DNA of 64,000 nucleotides from Minisyncoccota bacterium (GTDB lineage Bacteria > Patescibacteriota > Minisyncoccia > Phycocordibacterales > UBA2100). Of the stretch, positions 38,117 to 46,945 are shown piece by piece (the first letter of the stretch is position 1; each line of letters starts with the position of its first letter). The position numbers and the translations under genes were made by a program. The notes beneath the pieces are model-generated. The model made no database searches and was not told where the DNA came from. It saw only the letters and a program-made list of their open reading frames with translations. The stretch spans positions 138,814 through 202,813 of the forward strand of contig OZ253947.1 in the NCBI GenBank assembly GCA_965267345.1, in the 5' to 3' direction.

Positions 38117-38693
38117 TAGGCGCTTGTTTTTTCAGAAGGCGTACTTCTTTCCCTTTGAAGTCACGAAGCATATCTTCTAGCGAAGAGACCATGATCTCTC
38201 CTGCACGACCGTATACGGATATAAAGAGATTTTTCCCAACGGAGACGGCAGCGTGGTGGAAGTGCGTGTATTTCTCCTCGGGCGTAATAATTACAATCAC
38301 ATCTCCCTGATGTAAATGTTTTGGTAGAGGCAGTATTTCAAAGTGCTTGTTCAAATCATTTTGCGAATAGAAAGGTTCGCCCATCACCATACAGGCGAAA
38401 CTGAAACAATCCTTATCCAGGTGTTTCCCTTGTGCAACCATCCTCAAGTACCCACTTATTGCGTGTGCGACAAAATCAGGTATATCTAGTCGCTTTTTGC
38501 GCCAAGTTTTTTCCAAATATAACTCGATGTCATGAGCGTTCTCAAGATTTTTGAGCGATGAGAGTTCAATGACAGGGTCTTTTGCATGTCGGTGCACGCC
38601 AACTTTGTGCACGTCCATAATATAGCCGTCCTCCGTTTGTACGGATCCTTTTTCCTTGCCAATGACGAGTTTAGTTGCAGGTCTTTCTCGCAT
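38109..38693 (-). CDS. Hypothetical protein, possible papain/NlpC-like Cys-His fold
   Basis: Visibly AT-richer ORF; DCFSFAC, GDVIVI, HHAAVSVG. Confidence 0.6.
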   Translation of the reverse strand: MRERPATKLVIGKEKGSVQTEDGYIMDVHKVGVHRHAKDPVIELSSLKNLENAHDIELYLEKTWRKKRLDIPDFVAHAISGYLRMVAQGKHLDKDCFSFACMVMGEPFYSQNDLNKHFEILPLPKHLHQGDVIVIITPEEKYTHFHHAAVSVGKNLFISVYGRAGEIMVSSLEDMLRDFKGKEVRLLKKQAPTT

Positions 38694-38849
38694 GTGGACA
38701 TTGTACCACTCTCGACGTTATCAGGTAGCAGTCTTTGATTTCTCTGCAAATGATGGAAATGTAAATCCTTCCACACCACTGTGGTACTACACCTTTACCC
38801 TAGCACACGACTCGTGCACGTGCCGAAGGTGCGTGGCGTGATAGGGGGA

Positions 38850-40799
38850 TTAGGACGCGGCGATCGTCCAGTCGAGTTGCCGTGCATCGGTATCAACGTT
38901 CGTGAGCGTGATTCGCACGGTGTCGCCAATACGAAATGTCTTGCCGGTTTTGGTGCCGACGACCGCGTAGTTTTTTTCATCGAGCTCGTACCAATCATTG
39001 GGCATATCGCTCAGGCGCACCATGCCTTCAGCGCGGCTCTTTTCCTCAGCAACAAAAATGCCGTTTTTGCCGACACCCGTAATGGTACCGGTGAACGTTT
39101 CACCTACGTGTCCTTCCATGTACTCAATTTGTTTGAGCTTAACGGATGCACGCTCAGCGTCGACGGCTTCAACTTCACGCTGGCTCGAGCGAATTGCCTG
39201 ATCGTGGTAGAGCGCCAACTCTTTTGGTGAAAACGATGAGCCGTTGAGGTGTGCGGCGAGCAAGCGGTGTACCATCATGTCAGGGTAGCGGCGAATTGGC
39301 GACGTGAAGTGTGTGTAGTCGCTAAAGCCGAGCGAAAAGTGTCCGATGTTCTTGTCGCTGTACACTGCTTTCGCCATCGTACGCAGTGTTGCCATTTGAA
39401 TGACCGCTTCTTCGGGTGATCCCTTAATCGCACGGAGGAGCTTTGCAATATCACGTGCCTCAATACGTGTCGGATCTTTGTCGAGTTGGTCGTACCCGAG
39501 TGCTTTCACAAAGACGTTGAGTGTTTGAATCTTTTCCGGATCAGGTGCGTCGTGTACGCGATACACACGTGGCGACGCCCCCTTGGTGTGTTCGGTCAGG
39601 TGTTTCGCGACGGTGCGGTTTGCCAGTAGCATAAACTCCTCGATGAGCTTCATGGTGTCGAGGCGCTCTTTAACGTACACGTCTATCGGGCGTCCTGCCG
39701 CGTCGAGCTCAAACTGAATTTCCTCACTGTCAAAGTCGAGTGCGCCGGCGGCGAAACGCTTAGCACGCAGAGTTTGTGCAAGCTTCCACAGCGCACCGAG
39801 TTCGTGTGCGTAGTCGCCACGACCGCTATCAATCGCATCTTGTGCGGTGCGGTAGGTGAAGCGCTTATCTGAGGAGATCAGCGTTTTGGCAAAGTGATAA
39901 TCGACAACGGTGCCATCGTCAGCGAGTGTGAAAATAACAGAAAAAGCCCGCTTTTCCTCATTCGGATTCAGACTACATAAGTCATTTGAAAGTACTTCGG
40001 GGAGCATCGGGATGGTGCGGTCAACAAGATACACCGAGGTCGCCCGCTTTTTCGCCTCCTTGTCGAGTTCTGAGTGCGGCTGCACGTAGTGGGTCGCGTC
40101 GGCAATGTGCACGCCTACTTGCAGCGTGCCGTCCTCAAGTGTTTGCACGGAAAGGGCGTCGTCAAAGTCTTTTGCATCAACGGGGTCAATGGTGAATGTC
40201 GGCGCTGTGCGGAAATCCTCCCGCGCGGCAACGTCCGACTCGGTAATGGCACGCTCGTCAAGAAGTGCCTGCGCTTCTTGTTCAACAGCAGCGGGGAAGC
40301 CGCTCTGGAATCCACGCTCGAGCAGAATGGCTTTCATTTCTACTTCGTGATCACCGGCAGGGCCAAGAACCGTAACGAGACGTGCACGTGGCGCATGTGC
40401 ATCCGATGCCCACTCGCGCATTTCGATAAGCACTTTGTGACCCGATTCAAGCGTGCGCGATGGCTCTTCGAGTACAAACGGCATGCGGACTCGCTGGTTA
40501 TCGGGCTTCACGATCCATACATCTTCAGTGCCCTTGTCGCGCGTGCGCTGATTCTTCTCAAGAGTACCGACGAACTGATGTTGCGCTCGTTCGATAATGC
40601 GCGTGACGATACCTTCAGCTCGGTGCCCATTCTTATGTGGAAGTAGCTGTACCGCAACGGTATCGCCGTGGAATGCGGTGCCGAGGTTATCACGCGAAAT
40701 TAAAATGTCTTCGCCCTGATGGGCAATAGGAAAAAAGCCCAAACCGCTGCGAATGATGGTGATTGGTCCGGTGTATGTTTTGGTATCTTTCGTTTTCAT
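38850..40799 (-). CDS. rnr: Ribonuclease R
   Basis: TIDPVDAKDFDDA, HFTSPIRRYPD, C-terminal S1 domain. Confidence 0.96.
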   Translation of the reverse strand: MKTKDTKTYTGPITIIRSGLGFFPIAHQGEDILISRDNLGTAFHGDTVAVQLLPHKNGHRAEGIVTRIIERAQHQFVGTLEKNQRTRDKGTEDVWIVKPDNQRVRMPFVLEEPSRTLESGHKVLIEMREWASDAHAPRARLVTVLGPAGDHEVEMKAILLERGFQSGFPAAVEQEAQALLDERAITESDVAAREDFRTAPTFTIDPVDAKDFDDALSVQTLEDGTLQVGVHIADATHYVQPHSELDKEAKKRATSVYLVDRTIPMLPEVLSNDLCSLNPNEEKRAFSVIFTLADDGTVVDYHFAKTLISSDKRFTYRTAQDAIDSGRGDYAHELGALWKLAQTLRAKRFAAGALDFDSEEIQFELDAAGRPIDVYVKERLDTMKLIEEFMLLANRTVAKHLTEHTKGASPRVYRVHDAPDPEKIQTLNVFVKALGYDQLDKDPTRIEARDIAKLLRAIKGSPEEAVIQMATLRTMAKAVYSDKNIGHFSLGFSDYTHFTSPIRRYPDMMVHRLLAAHLNGSSFSPKELALYHDQAIRSSQREVEAVDAERASVKLKQIEYMEGHVGETFTGTITGVGKNGIFVAEEKSRAEGMVRLSDMPNDWYELDEKNYAVVGTKTGKTFRIGDTVRITLTNVDTDARQLDWTIAAS

Positions 40800-41082
40800 A
40801 CGTATCTTGTAGCACCTTTGCACAGAAATCGTAGGCGCAACTTATCAACAACTAGTCGCGGTGTGTGTCTGTGCTAGAATAGCGAACAGGTGTTCGTTCG
40901 CTCTCTCTAACAGGAGGGCGCGGCCGCACGCCTCAATTTTGGAGGGGTGCGGTATTTTTTACCTGACCGGTAGATTAGAACGCACAAACCGATCAGTGTC
41001 AATCACGCCGAGAATGACGGAGCAGCAGAAAAGGCAGAAACTATAGACATTGGATATTATTTTGCTATAGTTGCGCGCACAT

Positions 41083-41574
41083 ATGTTGAAAATTCGATTA
41101 CAACGAGCCGGACGACGCAACGACCCAACATTTCGTGTTGTGGTGACCGAGCACACACACGGCCCAAAGAGCCAGAAACACGCAGACCGTGTTGGTTTCT
41201 ACAACCCAAAAACAAAAGAGAAAGAGCTTGATGCAGAGCGCATCACCTACTGGATTAACAATGGTGCACAGCCGAGCCCGACGGTACACAACATGCTCGT
41301 GAAGGCAGGTATCATCAAAGGTGAGACAATTAACGTATTGCCACAGAAGTCGCCGGTGGTGAGCGAGGAAGAGCAGCAGGAAGCTGAGGAGGTTGCAGCC
41401 GCAGAAAGCGAGGCCGCACCTGCAGCAGAGGGCAGCGATACGAGCGAGGAGCCGGCAGCGGAACAAACGGAAGAGGAGCAACCGGCAGCTGAAGAAACCC
41501 CCAAGGCAACAGAAGAGGAACCAGCAGAAGCTCCAGCCGAAGAAGCGGCTGAAGAGGAGAAGAAAGAGGGTTAA
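41083..41574 (+). CDS. rpsP: 30S ribosomal protein S16 with long acidic tail
   Basis: MLKIRLQR.G, VGFYNP, GAQPSPTV. Confidence 0.96.
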   Translation: MLKIRLQRAGRRNDPTFRVVVTEHTHGPKSQKHADRVGFYNPKTKEKELDAERITYWINNGAQPSPTVHNMLVKAGIIKGETINVLPQKSPVVSEEEQQEAEEVAAAESEAAPAAEGSDTSEEPAAEQTEEEQPAAEETPKATEEEPAEAPAEEAAEEEKKEG

Positions 41575-41663
41575 GACGCGTTGACGCGCGTAAGCCCAGC
41601 GTGCGATAATGAGCACGCTGTCACGCTGATGCGTGACGTTACTAAGTAACTGACAGAGTTTTC

Positions 41664-42083
41664 ATGGAACAAGATCAGGAATTTCTGGAATTCGTTGTGA
41701 AGGCGTTGGTAGACAACCCGAACGACGTGAAGATTAACCGTACGGTAGATGAGATGGGCGTTCTGCTCACCCTCGATGTGAATAAAGACGATATGGGTAA
41801 GGTTATTGGTCGCGCAGGTAACACTGCTAAGGCCATTCGTACCCTGTTGCGCGTTGTTGGCATGAAGCACGACGCACGTGTCAATCTCAAAATTAACGAG
41901 CCGGAAGGCGGTATGCCAACAGCAGCAGCTGCCGGCGCTGCAGCTATGGAAGCCGCACCAATGGCAGCCGAGGCTGCAACTCCTGAGCCAGCTGAGCAAC
42001 CACAGGAGGAAGAAATGAGCGACGAAGAGCGCAGTGCAGCATCAAAATCAGTTGACGAGGCAATGAAAGACCTTGGGCTTTAG
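41664..42083 (+). CDS. khpA: KH-domain RNA-binding protein KhpA
   Basis: LVDNP, DMGKVIGRAGNTAKAIR; position after rpsP. Confidence 0.92.
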   Translation: MEQDQEFLEFVVKALVDNPNDVKINRTVDEMGVLLTLDVNKDDMGKVIGRAGNTAKAIRTLLRVVGMKHDARVNLKINEPEGGMPTAAAAGAAAMEAAPMAAEAATPEPAEQPQEEEMSDEERSAASKSVDEAMKDLGL

Positions 42084-42189
42084 AAAGCGCAAAGCTTCTG
42101 GCTCTCAGCTGAAAGCTAGCAAAACACCGCTCGGACGAGCGGTGTTTTGCATTGCCCGCACAGAGGAAGCGCGGTAGAGTACAGACGCC

Positions 42190-42834
42190 ATGATTCACTT
42201 TCATATCATTACACTCTTTCCCGAGTCAATCGAGTGCTATTTCAACGCCTCCATGCTCAAGCGCGCTCAGGCGGACAAAAAAATACGCGTGTCATTCTAC
42301 AATCCACGTGACTACACGACTGACAAACATCGCCGCGTTGATTACCGACCGTACGGCGGCGGCCCGGGGATGGTGCTGGAAGCCGAGAGCGTCTTGCGAG
42401 CTGCTGAAGCAGCAATTGGCCGTAAAAAGGATGTGGAGGTGATCTTTTTCTCGCCAAGCGCCAAGCAGTTTGAACAAAAAGACGCAGTGCGCATTGCAAA
42501 AAAAGCAAAGCACGTTGTCTTTCTCTGCGGGCACTACGAAGGCATTGATGCTCGTGCTGTTAAGATTTTAAAGGCGAAGCCACTTTCAATTGGTCCGTAT
42601 GTGCTCACTGGTGGGGAGTTGCCGGCGGCACTTGTTGCCGATGCGGTTGCGCGTAATGTTGAAGGAGTGCTTGGTAACGCCGAGTCACTTGAAGACTCAC
42701 GTGTTGCTAGCCCAGAAGTGTACACGCGCCCCGAGGTATTTGAATGGAAGAAAAAGAAGTACCGTGTGCCAAAGGTGCTCGTCTCCGGACATCACAAAAA
42801 AATAGAAGAGTGGAAAGCAAAAAAGAAAAAGTAG
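42190..42834 (+). CDS. trmD: tRNA (guanine-N1)-methyltransferase
   Basis: PYGGGPGMV, CGHYEGID, SIGPYVLTGGE, YTRP. Confidence 0.97.
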   Translation: MIHFHIITLFPESIECYFNASMLKRAQADKKIRVSFYNPRDYTTDKHRRVDYRPYGGGPGMVLEAESVLRAAEAAIGRKKDVEVIFFSPSAKQFEQKDAVRIAKKAKHVVFLCGHYEGIDARAVKILKAKPLSIGPYVLTGGELPAALVADAVARNVEGVLGNAESLEDSRVASPEVYTRPEVFEWKKKKYRVPKVLVSGHHKKIEEWKAKKKK

Positions 42835-43085
42835 CCCGCTACCCAACAGTACTACGCAATAAGTTATAGCTCTCCTTCTATAGGAACTGACGCTCTTACC
42901 ACCCCATGCACCAGATCCCGCACGAGGACCGCCCTCACGCAAACAAGGTCGGTCCTTGTTGCAACGGAAAACCGGCGGGGTTGGGGAACCCGCCGGCATT
43001 GGTGGTGTTTAGCTTGGCCCTACAAATACTTTTGCGAAAATCAAAAGGCAATTTAGGTGAGTACAATGTGTGATAATGTAGTCGT

Positions 43086-43547
43086 ATGACAGAAGGAAAA
43101 GATTCAGACTATGAGAAGTTTCTTAGGGCAGCAGGTACTGACTTAGACGAAACCACAATAATTCTACGTTCACATCTTTTGGCGGAGTACTATCTTGACC
43201 ACTTTTTGCTTGAAAGTTTAGCGCGTGGTGATTTGATAACTGATAGCAGAATCACATTCTCCACTAAACTCCAAGTGGTAGAGGCTCTAGATATTCTCCC
43301 CCGAGCTTTTGTTGATTCGGTCAGAAATTTAAATGTAGTGCGCAACAGGTGTGCTCACAGTCTAGATTACAAAGTAACCGAATCTGACATAGATAAAATT
43401 GGACGACCTTTTGGAAAAGACTATCGAGAGATGAAAAGGGAGCACGAGCACAATAACAAAGAACTTTTGCATTGGACCATGGGAATGATCTTCGCAAAAA
43501 CAAGCGGGAGGTTGAGAGGTATCACTAGTGCCGCGAGTGAAGAATAA
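43086..43547 (+). CDS. HEPN-like domain protein (Rx4H motif)
   Basis: HLLAEYYL, TFSTKL, LNVVRNRCAH; AT-richer than its neighbours. Confidence 0.68.
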   Translation: MTEGKDSDYEKFLRAAGTDLDETTIILRSHLLAEYYLDHFLLESLARGDLITDSRITFSTKLQVVEALDILPRAFVDSVRNLNVVRNRCAHSLDYKVTESDIDKIGRPFGKDYREMKREHEHNNKELLHWTMGMIFAKTSGRLRGITSAASEE

Positions 43548-43580
43548 AACTGCCTTGGCAGATTTAATCTCGGGAGACGT

Positions 43581-43609
43581 TTGACACCCTTGCGCCTATA
43601 GGCTAGAAT
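43581..43609 (+). promoter_or_regulatory. Sigma70-type promoter of rpoBC
   Basis: TTGACA-17 bp-TAGAAT. Confidence 0.75.
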
Positions 43610-43766
43610 ACCGCCATCTTTTTGACGATTGTGTCACGGGTGCAATAAAAAGAGTTTTAATACAAGTGTGTTGTGCGGCTAACCAATGTGCCGCGTAACT
43701 CTTTTACTAGGTGTGTGTAATTAGAAAACGAGAACGCTCGGTGGAGCGATTCTTGTGCTGTGTGTT

Positions 43767-46700
43767 ATGAGCAAAACCACGCTTCCTAAGAAGTACTTCG
43801 GTCAGTTTACCGAAAACATGACCGAGACGCCAAACCTTGTGCGTGAACAACTCGATTCGTACGAGTGGCTCATCGAAGAAGGAGTCAAATCTGTCTTCGA
43901 CGAGTTCTCGCCGATTGCCGACTACTCCGGCAAAAAGTTCGACCTGAGCATTTCCAAGTTCAGTTTCGGCAAGCCTGAGTACGACGAGCACTACGCAAAA
44001 CTCAAGCGACTTACCTACAAAATCCCGCTGCGCATTGATGCGAAGCTGGTGAATAAGACAACAGGAGAAACCAAGAGCCAAGAAATCTTCATGGCCGACT
44101 TCCCGTACATGACCGATCACGGTACGTTCATCATCAACGGTGTTGAGCGTGTGATCGTGCCGCAGCTTGCGCGTTCCTACGGCGTATTCTTCCTGAAGAA
44201 TCTGCTTAAGGGTGCCGAGTACTTCGGTGCGAAAATTATCCCCGCACGTGGCGCATGGGTGGAGATCGAAAGCGAACCGGATGGTGCCATTTACGTCAAG
44301 ATTGACCGCAAGCGCAAATTCTCCGTTACCATTTTGCTCAAAGTCTTCGGACTCGAAACACCTGAGAAAATGCAGAAAGCATTTAAGGGCGTGAAAGGCG
44401 CTGAGGATGTTCTGAAGGCATCACTCGACCACGATGCAACCGAAACACTCGACGACGCTTACATCGAAATCTACAAGCGCCTTCGCGACGGCGACTTGGC
44501 GACACCGGAAAATGCTCGCGAGTTTGTCAACAGCATCTTCAGCGAAGATCGCTACGACCTGTCACGCGTTGGTCGCTACCAGTTCAACCACCGCTTCGGC
44601 CTTGAAACAAAGGAGAAAGCACTCGGCGACCAGATTCTCTCACAGGACGACATAGTACGCATCGTCAGCAACATTATTGAGCTCAACAACACACCACACG
44701 CACAAGAGGACGACATCGACCACCTTGGCTTTCGTCGCGTGCGCTACGTTGGTGAAATGATGCAGCACCAAGTACGCATTGGTATGAGCCGCATGAAGCG
44801 CAACATCCAAGACCGCATGTCTACCGTTGATGTTGAGACGAGTTTGCCGATTCAGTTCATCAACCCACGTCCGTTCCAAGCGGCGATTATGGAGTTCTTC
44901 TCAACGAACCAATTGTCGCAGTTTATGGATCAGAACAACATCCTCGGTGAGCTGGAGCACTTGCGTACACTCTCGGCACTCGGTCCCGGAGGACTCACAC
45001 GTGAGCGTGCGGGCTTTGACGTTCGCGACGTGCACACCAGTCACTACGGACGCCTCTGCCCAATTCAGACACCGGAAGGTCAGAACATCGGTCTGATTCT
45101 TCGCTTGGCCGTCCACGCGCGCCTCAACGACTTTGGTATTATCGAAACACCATACGCGCGGGTCAAAAACGGCAAGGTGACAGACGAAATTGTCTACCTC
45201 AACGCACTTGAAGAAGAAGAGCACCTTATCGTGCACGCAGCAACAAAGCGCGACAAGAGCGGTAAGATTCTTGCCGACCTTGTTGAAGCGCGCCGCCACG
45301 GTGAGCCGGAATTCGTCTCACCAAATGACGTTGCCTTCATTGAAGTGGCAACGAACCAAGCTTTCTCGGTGGCAACAACCATGATTCCATTCCTTGAGCA
45401 CGACGACGCAAACCGTGCGCTCATGGGTTCGAACATGCAGAAGCAGGCAACACCATGCGTGGTGCCCGAGGTGCCGTTCGTCGCCACCGGTATTGAAGAG
45501 AATGCTGCGCGCGACTCAGGGCGCCTCATTATTGCCGACGAAGCGGGTACCATCACCTACGCAGATTCACGCAAGATTGTCCTGAAAGACACCAAAGGTA
45601 AAGAGCATGAGTACTCACTCGTAAACTTCTCGCGCACCAACAACATGTCGGTACTGCACCAGCGTGTGTCGGTGGCGGTCGGCGACAAGGTCAAGCGCGG
45701 CGACGTCTTGGCCGACAACTCATCGAGTGTTGACGGACAAATTGCCATCGGGCAAAACGTGCGTGTCGCATTTATGTCATGGGCCGGCGCAAACTACGAG
45801 GACGCGATTGTCATCTCAGAGCGTCTGGTGAAGCAGAGTAAATTCACGACGATTCACGTAGAAGAGTTCGTTGCGTACGTACGCGACACCAAGCTCGGCC
45901 CTGAAGTGACCACACACGACATTCCAAACGTAAGCGAGATGAAGCTTCGCAACCTCGACGAAGAGGGCGTGGTACGCATCGGTGCGGAGGTACGCCCCGG
46001 TGATATTCTGGTTGGTAAAGTCACCCCAAAGGGTGAGACACAGCTGACACCGGAAGAGCGCCTGCTACGTTCTATCTTCGGTGAAAAGGCAAAAGACGTG
46101 AAAGACACGTCACTGCGCATGGAAGCAGGGAAGCGCGGCCGCATTGTTGGCGTGCGTGTATTCTCACGCGAAAATGGCGACCAGCTCGAGAGCGGCATCA
46201 TCAAGCGTATTCACATTGAAGTTGCACAGCTCCGTAACGTGTCAGTCGGTGACAAGCTCGCCGGTCGTCACGGTAACAAGGGTGTGATCTCTCGTGTCCT
46301 TCCTGAGGAAGACATGCCGTACACGAAAGACGGTGAGCCAATTGACATCATTCTGACACCGCTGGGCGTGCCAAGTCGTATGAACTTGGGACAGATTCTT
46401 GAAATGCACCTCGGGCTCGCTGCCGGTGAGCTCGGCTATCAGGCTATCGTGCCGCCATTCTCAGGCACCACAGAAGACGAAATCGTTGCCGAACTCAAGG
46501 CGGCGGGATTCCCTGAGAGCGGAAAAATGACACTCAAAGACGGTCGCACGGGCGAAGCATTCGATCAGGACATTGCGGTCGGCAATATGTACATCTTGAA
46601 GCTGCACCACATGGTGGAAGACAAAATCCACATGCGCTCGGTTGGACCATACTCAATCACGACGCAGCAGCCACTCGGTGGTAAGGCCCAGAACGGTGGT

Positions 46701-46940
46701 CAGCGAATCGGAGAGATGGAAGTGTGGGCATTCCTCGGCTACGGTGCGGCGTACGCACTGCGGGAAGTGCTCACCATCAAATCTGACGACATTCTGGGAC
46801 GTTCAGCAGCCTTTGACGCCATTGTGAAGGGCGAGCGTATCCGCCAGCCAAACGTGCCGGCGACCTTCAACGTGTTGATTCGTCACCTGCGTGGTTTGGC
46901 ACTGGACATCAATTTAGAAAAAGATAGCGAGACTAAGTAG
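43767..46940 (+). CDS. rpoB: RNA polymerase beta subunit
   Basis: GTFIING.ERV, TPEGQNIGL, GDKLAGRHGNKG, GGQRIGEME. Confidence 0.99.
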   Translation: MSKTTLPKKYFGQFTENMTETPNLVREQLDSYEWLIEEGVKSVFDEFSPIADYSGKKFDLSISKFSFGKPEYDEHYAKLKRLTYKIPLRIDAKLVNKTTGETKSQEIFMADFPYMTDHGTFIINGVERVIVPQLARSYGVFFLKNLLKGAEYFGAKIIPARGAWVEIESEPDGAIYVKIDRKRKFSVTILLKVFGLETPEKMQKAFKGVKGAEDVLKASLDHDATETLDDAYIEIYKRLRDGDLATPENAREFVNSIFSEDRYDLSRVGRYQFNHRFGLETKEKALGDQILSQDDIVRIVSNIIELNNTPHAQEDDIDHLGFRRVRYVGEMMQHQVRIGMSRMKRNIQDRMSTVDVETSLPIQFINPRPFQAAIMEFFSTNQLSQFMDQNNILGELEHLRTLSALGPGGLTRERAGFDVRDVHTSHYGRLCPIQTPEGQNIGLILRLAVHARLNDFGIIETPYARVKNGKVTDEIVYLNALEEEEHLIVHAATKRDKSGKILADLVEARRHGEPEFVSPNDVAFIEVATNQAFSVATTMIPFLEHDDANRALMGSNMQKQATPCVVPEVPFVATGIEENAARDSGRLIIADEAGTITYADSRKIVLKDTKGKEHEYSLVNFSRTNNMSVLHQRVSVAVGDKVKRGDVLADNSSSVDGQIAIGQNVRVAFMSWAGANYEDAIVISERLVKQSKFTTIHVEEFVAYVRDTKLGPEVTTHDIPNVSEMKLRNLDEEGVVRIGAEVRPGDILVGKVTPKGETQLTPEERLLRSIFGEKAKDVKDTSLRMEAGKRGRIVGVRVFSRENGDQLESGIIKRIHIEVAQLRNVSVGDKLAGRHGNKGVISRVLPEEDMPYTKDGEPIDIILTPLGVPSRMNLGQILEMHLGLAAGELGYQAIVPPFSGTTEDEIVAELKAAGFPESGKMTLKDGRTGEAFDQDIAVGNMYILKLHHMVEDKIHMRSVGPYSITTQQPLGGKAQNGGQRIGEMEVWAFLGYGAAYALREVLTIKSDDILGRSAAFDAIVKGERIRQPNVPATFNVLIRHLRGLALDINLEKDSETK

Positions 46941-46945
46941 CGCCT

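Noticed and set aside
42697-42999. 100 aa minus-strand ORF
   Set aside because: Overlaps the trmD 3' end and hairpin-rich DNA; no SD or recognisable motif
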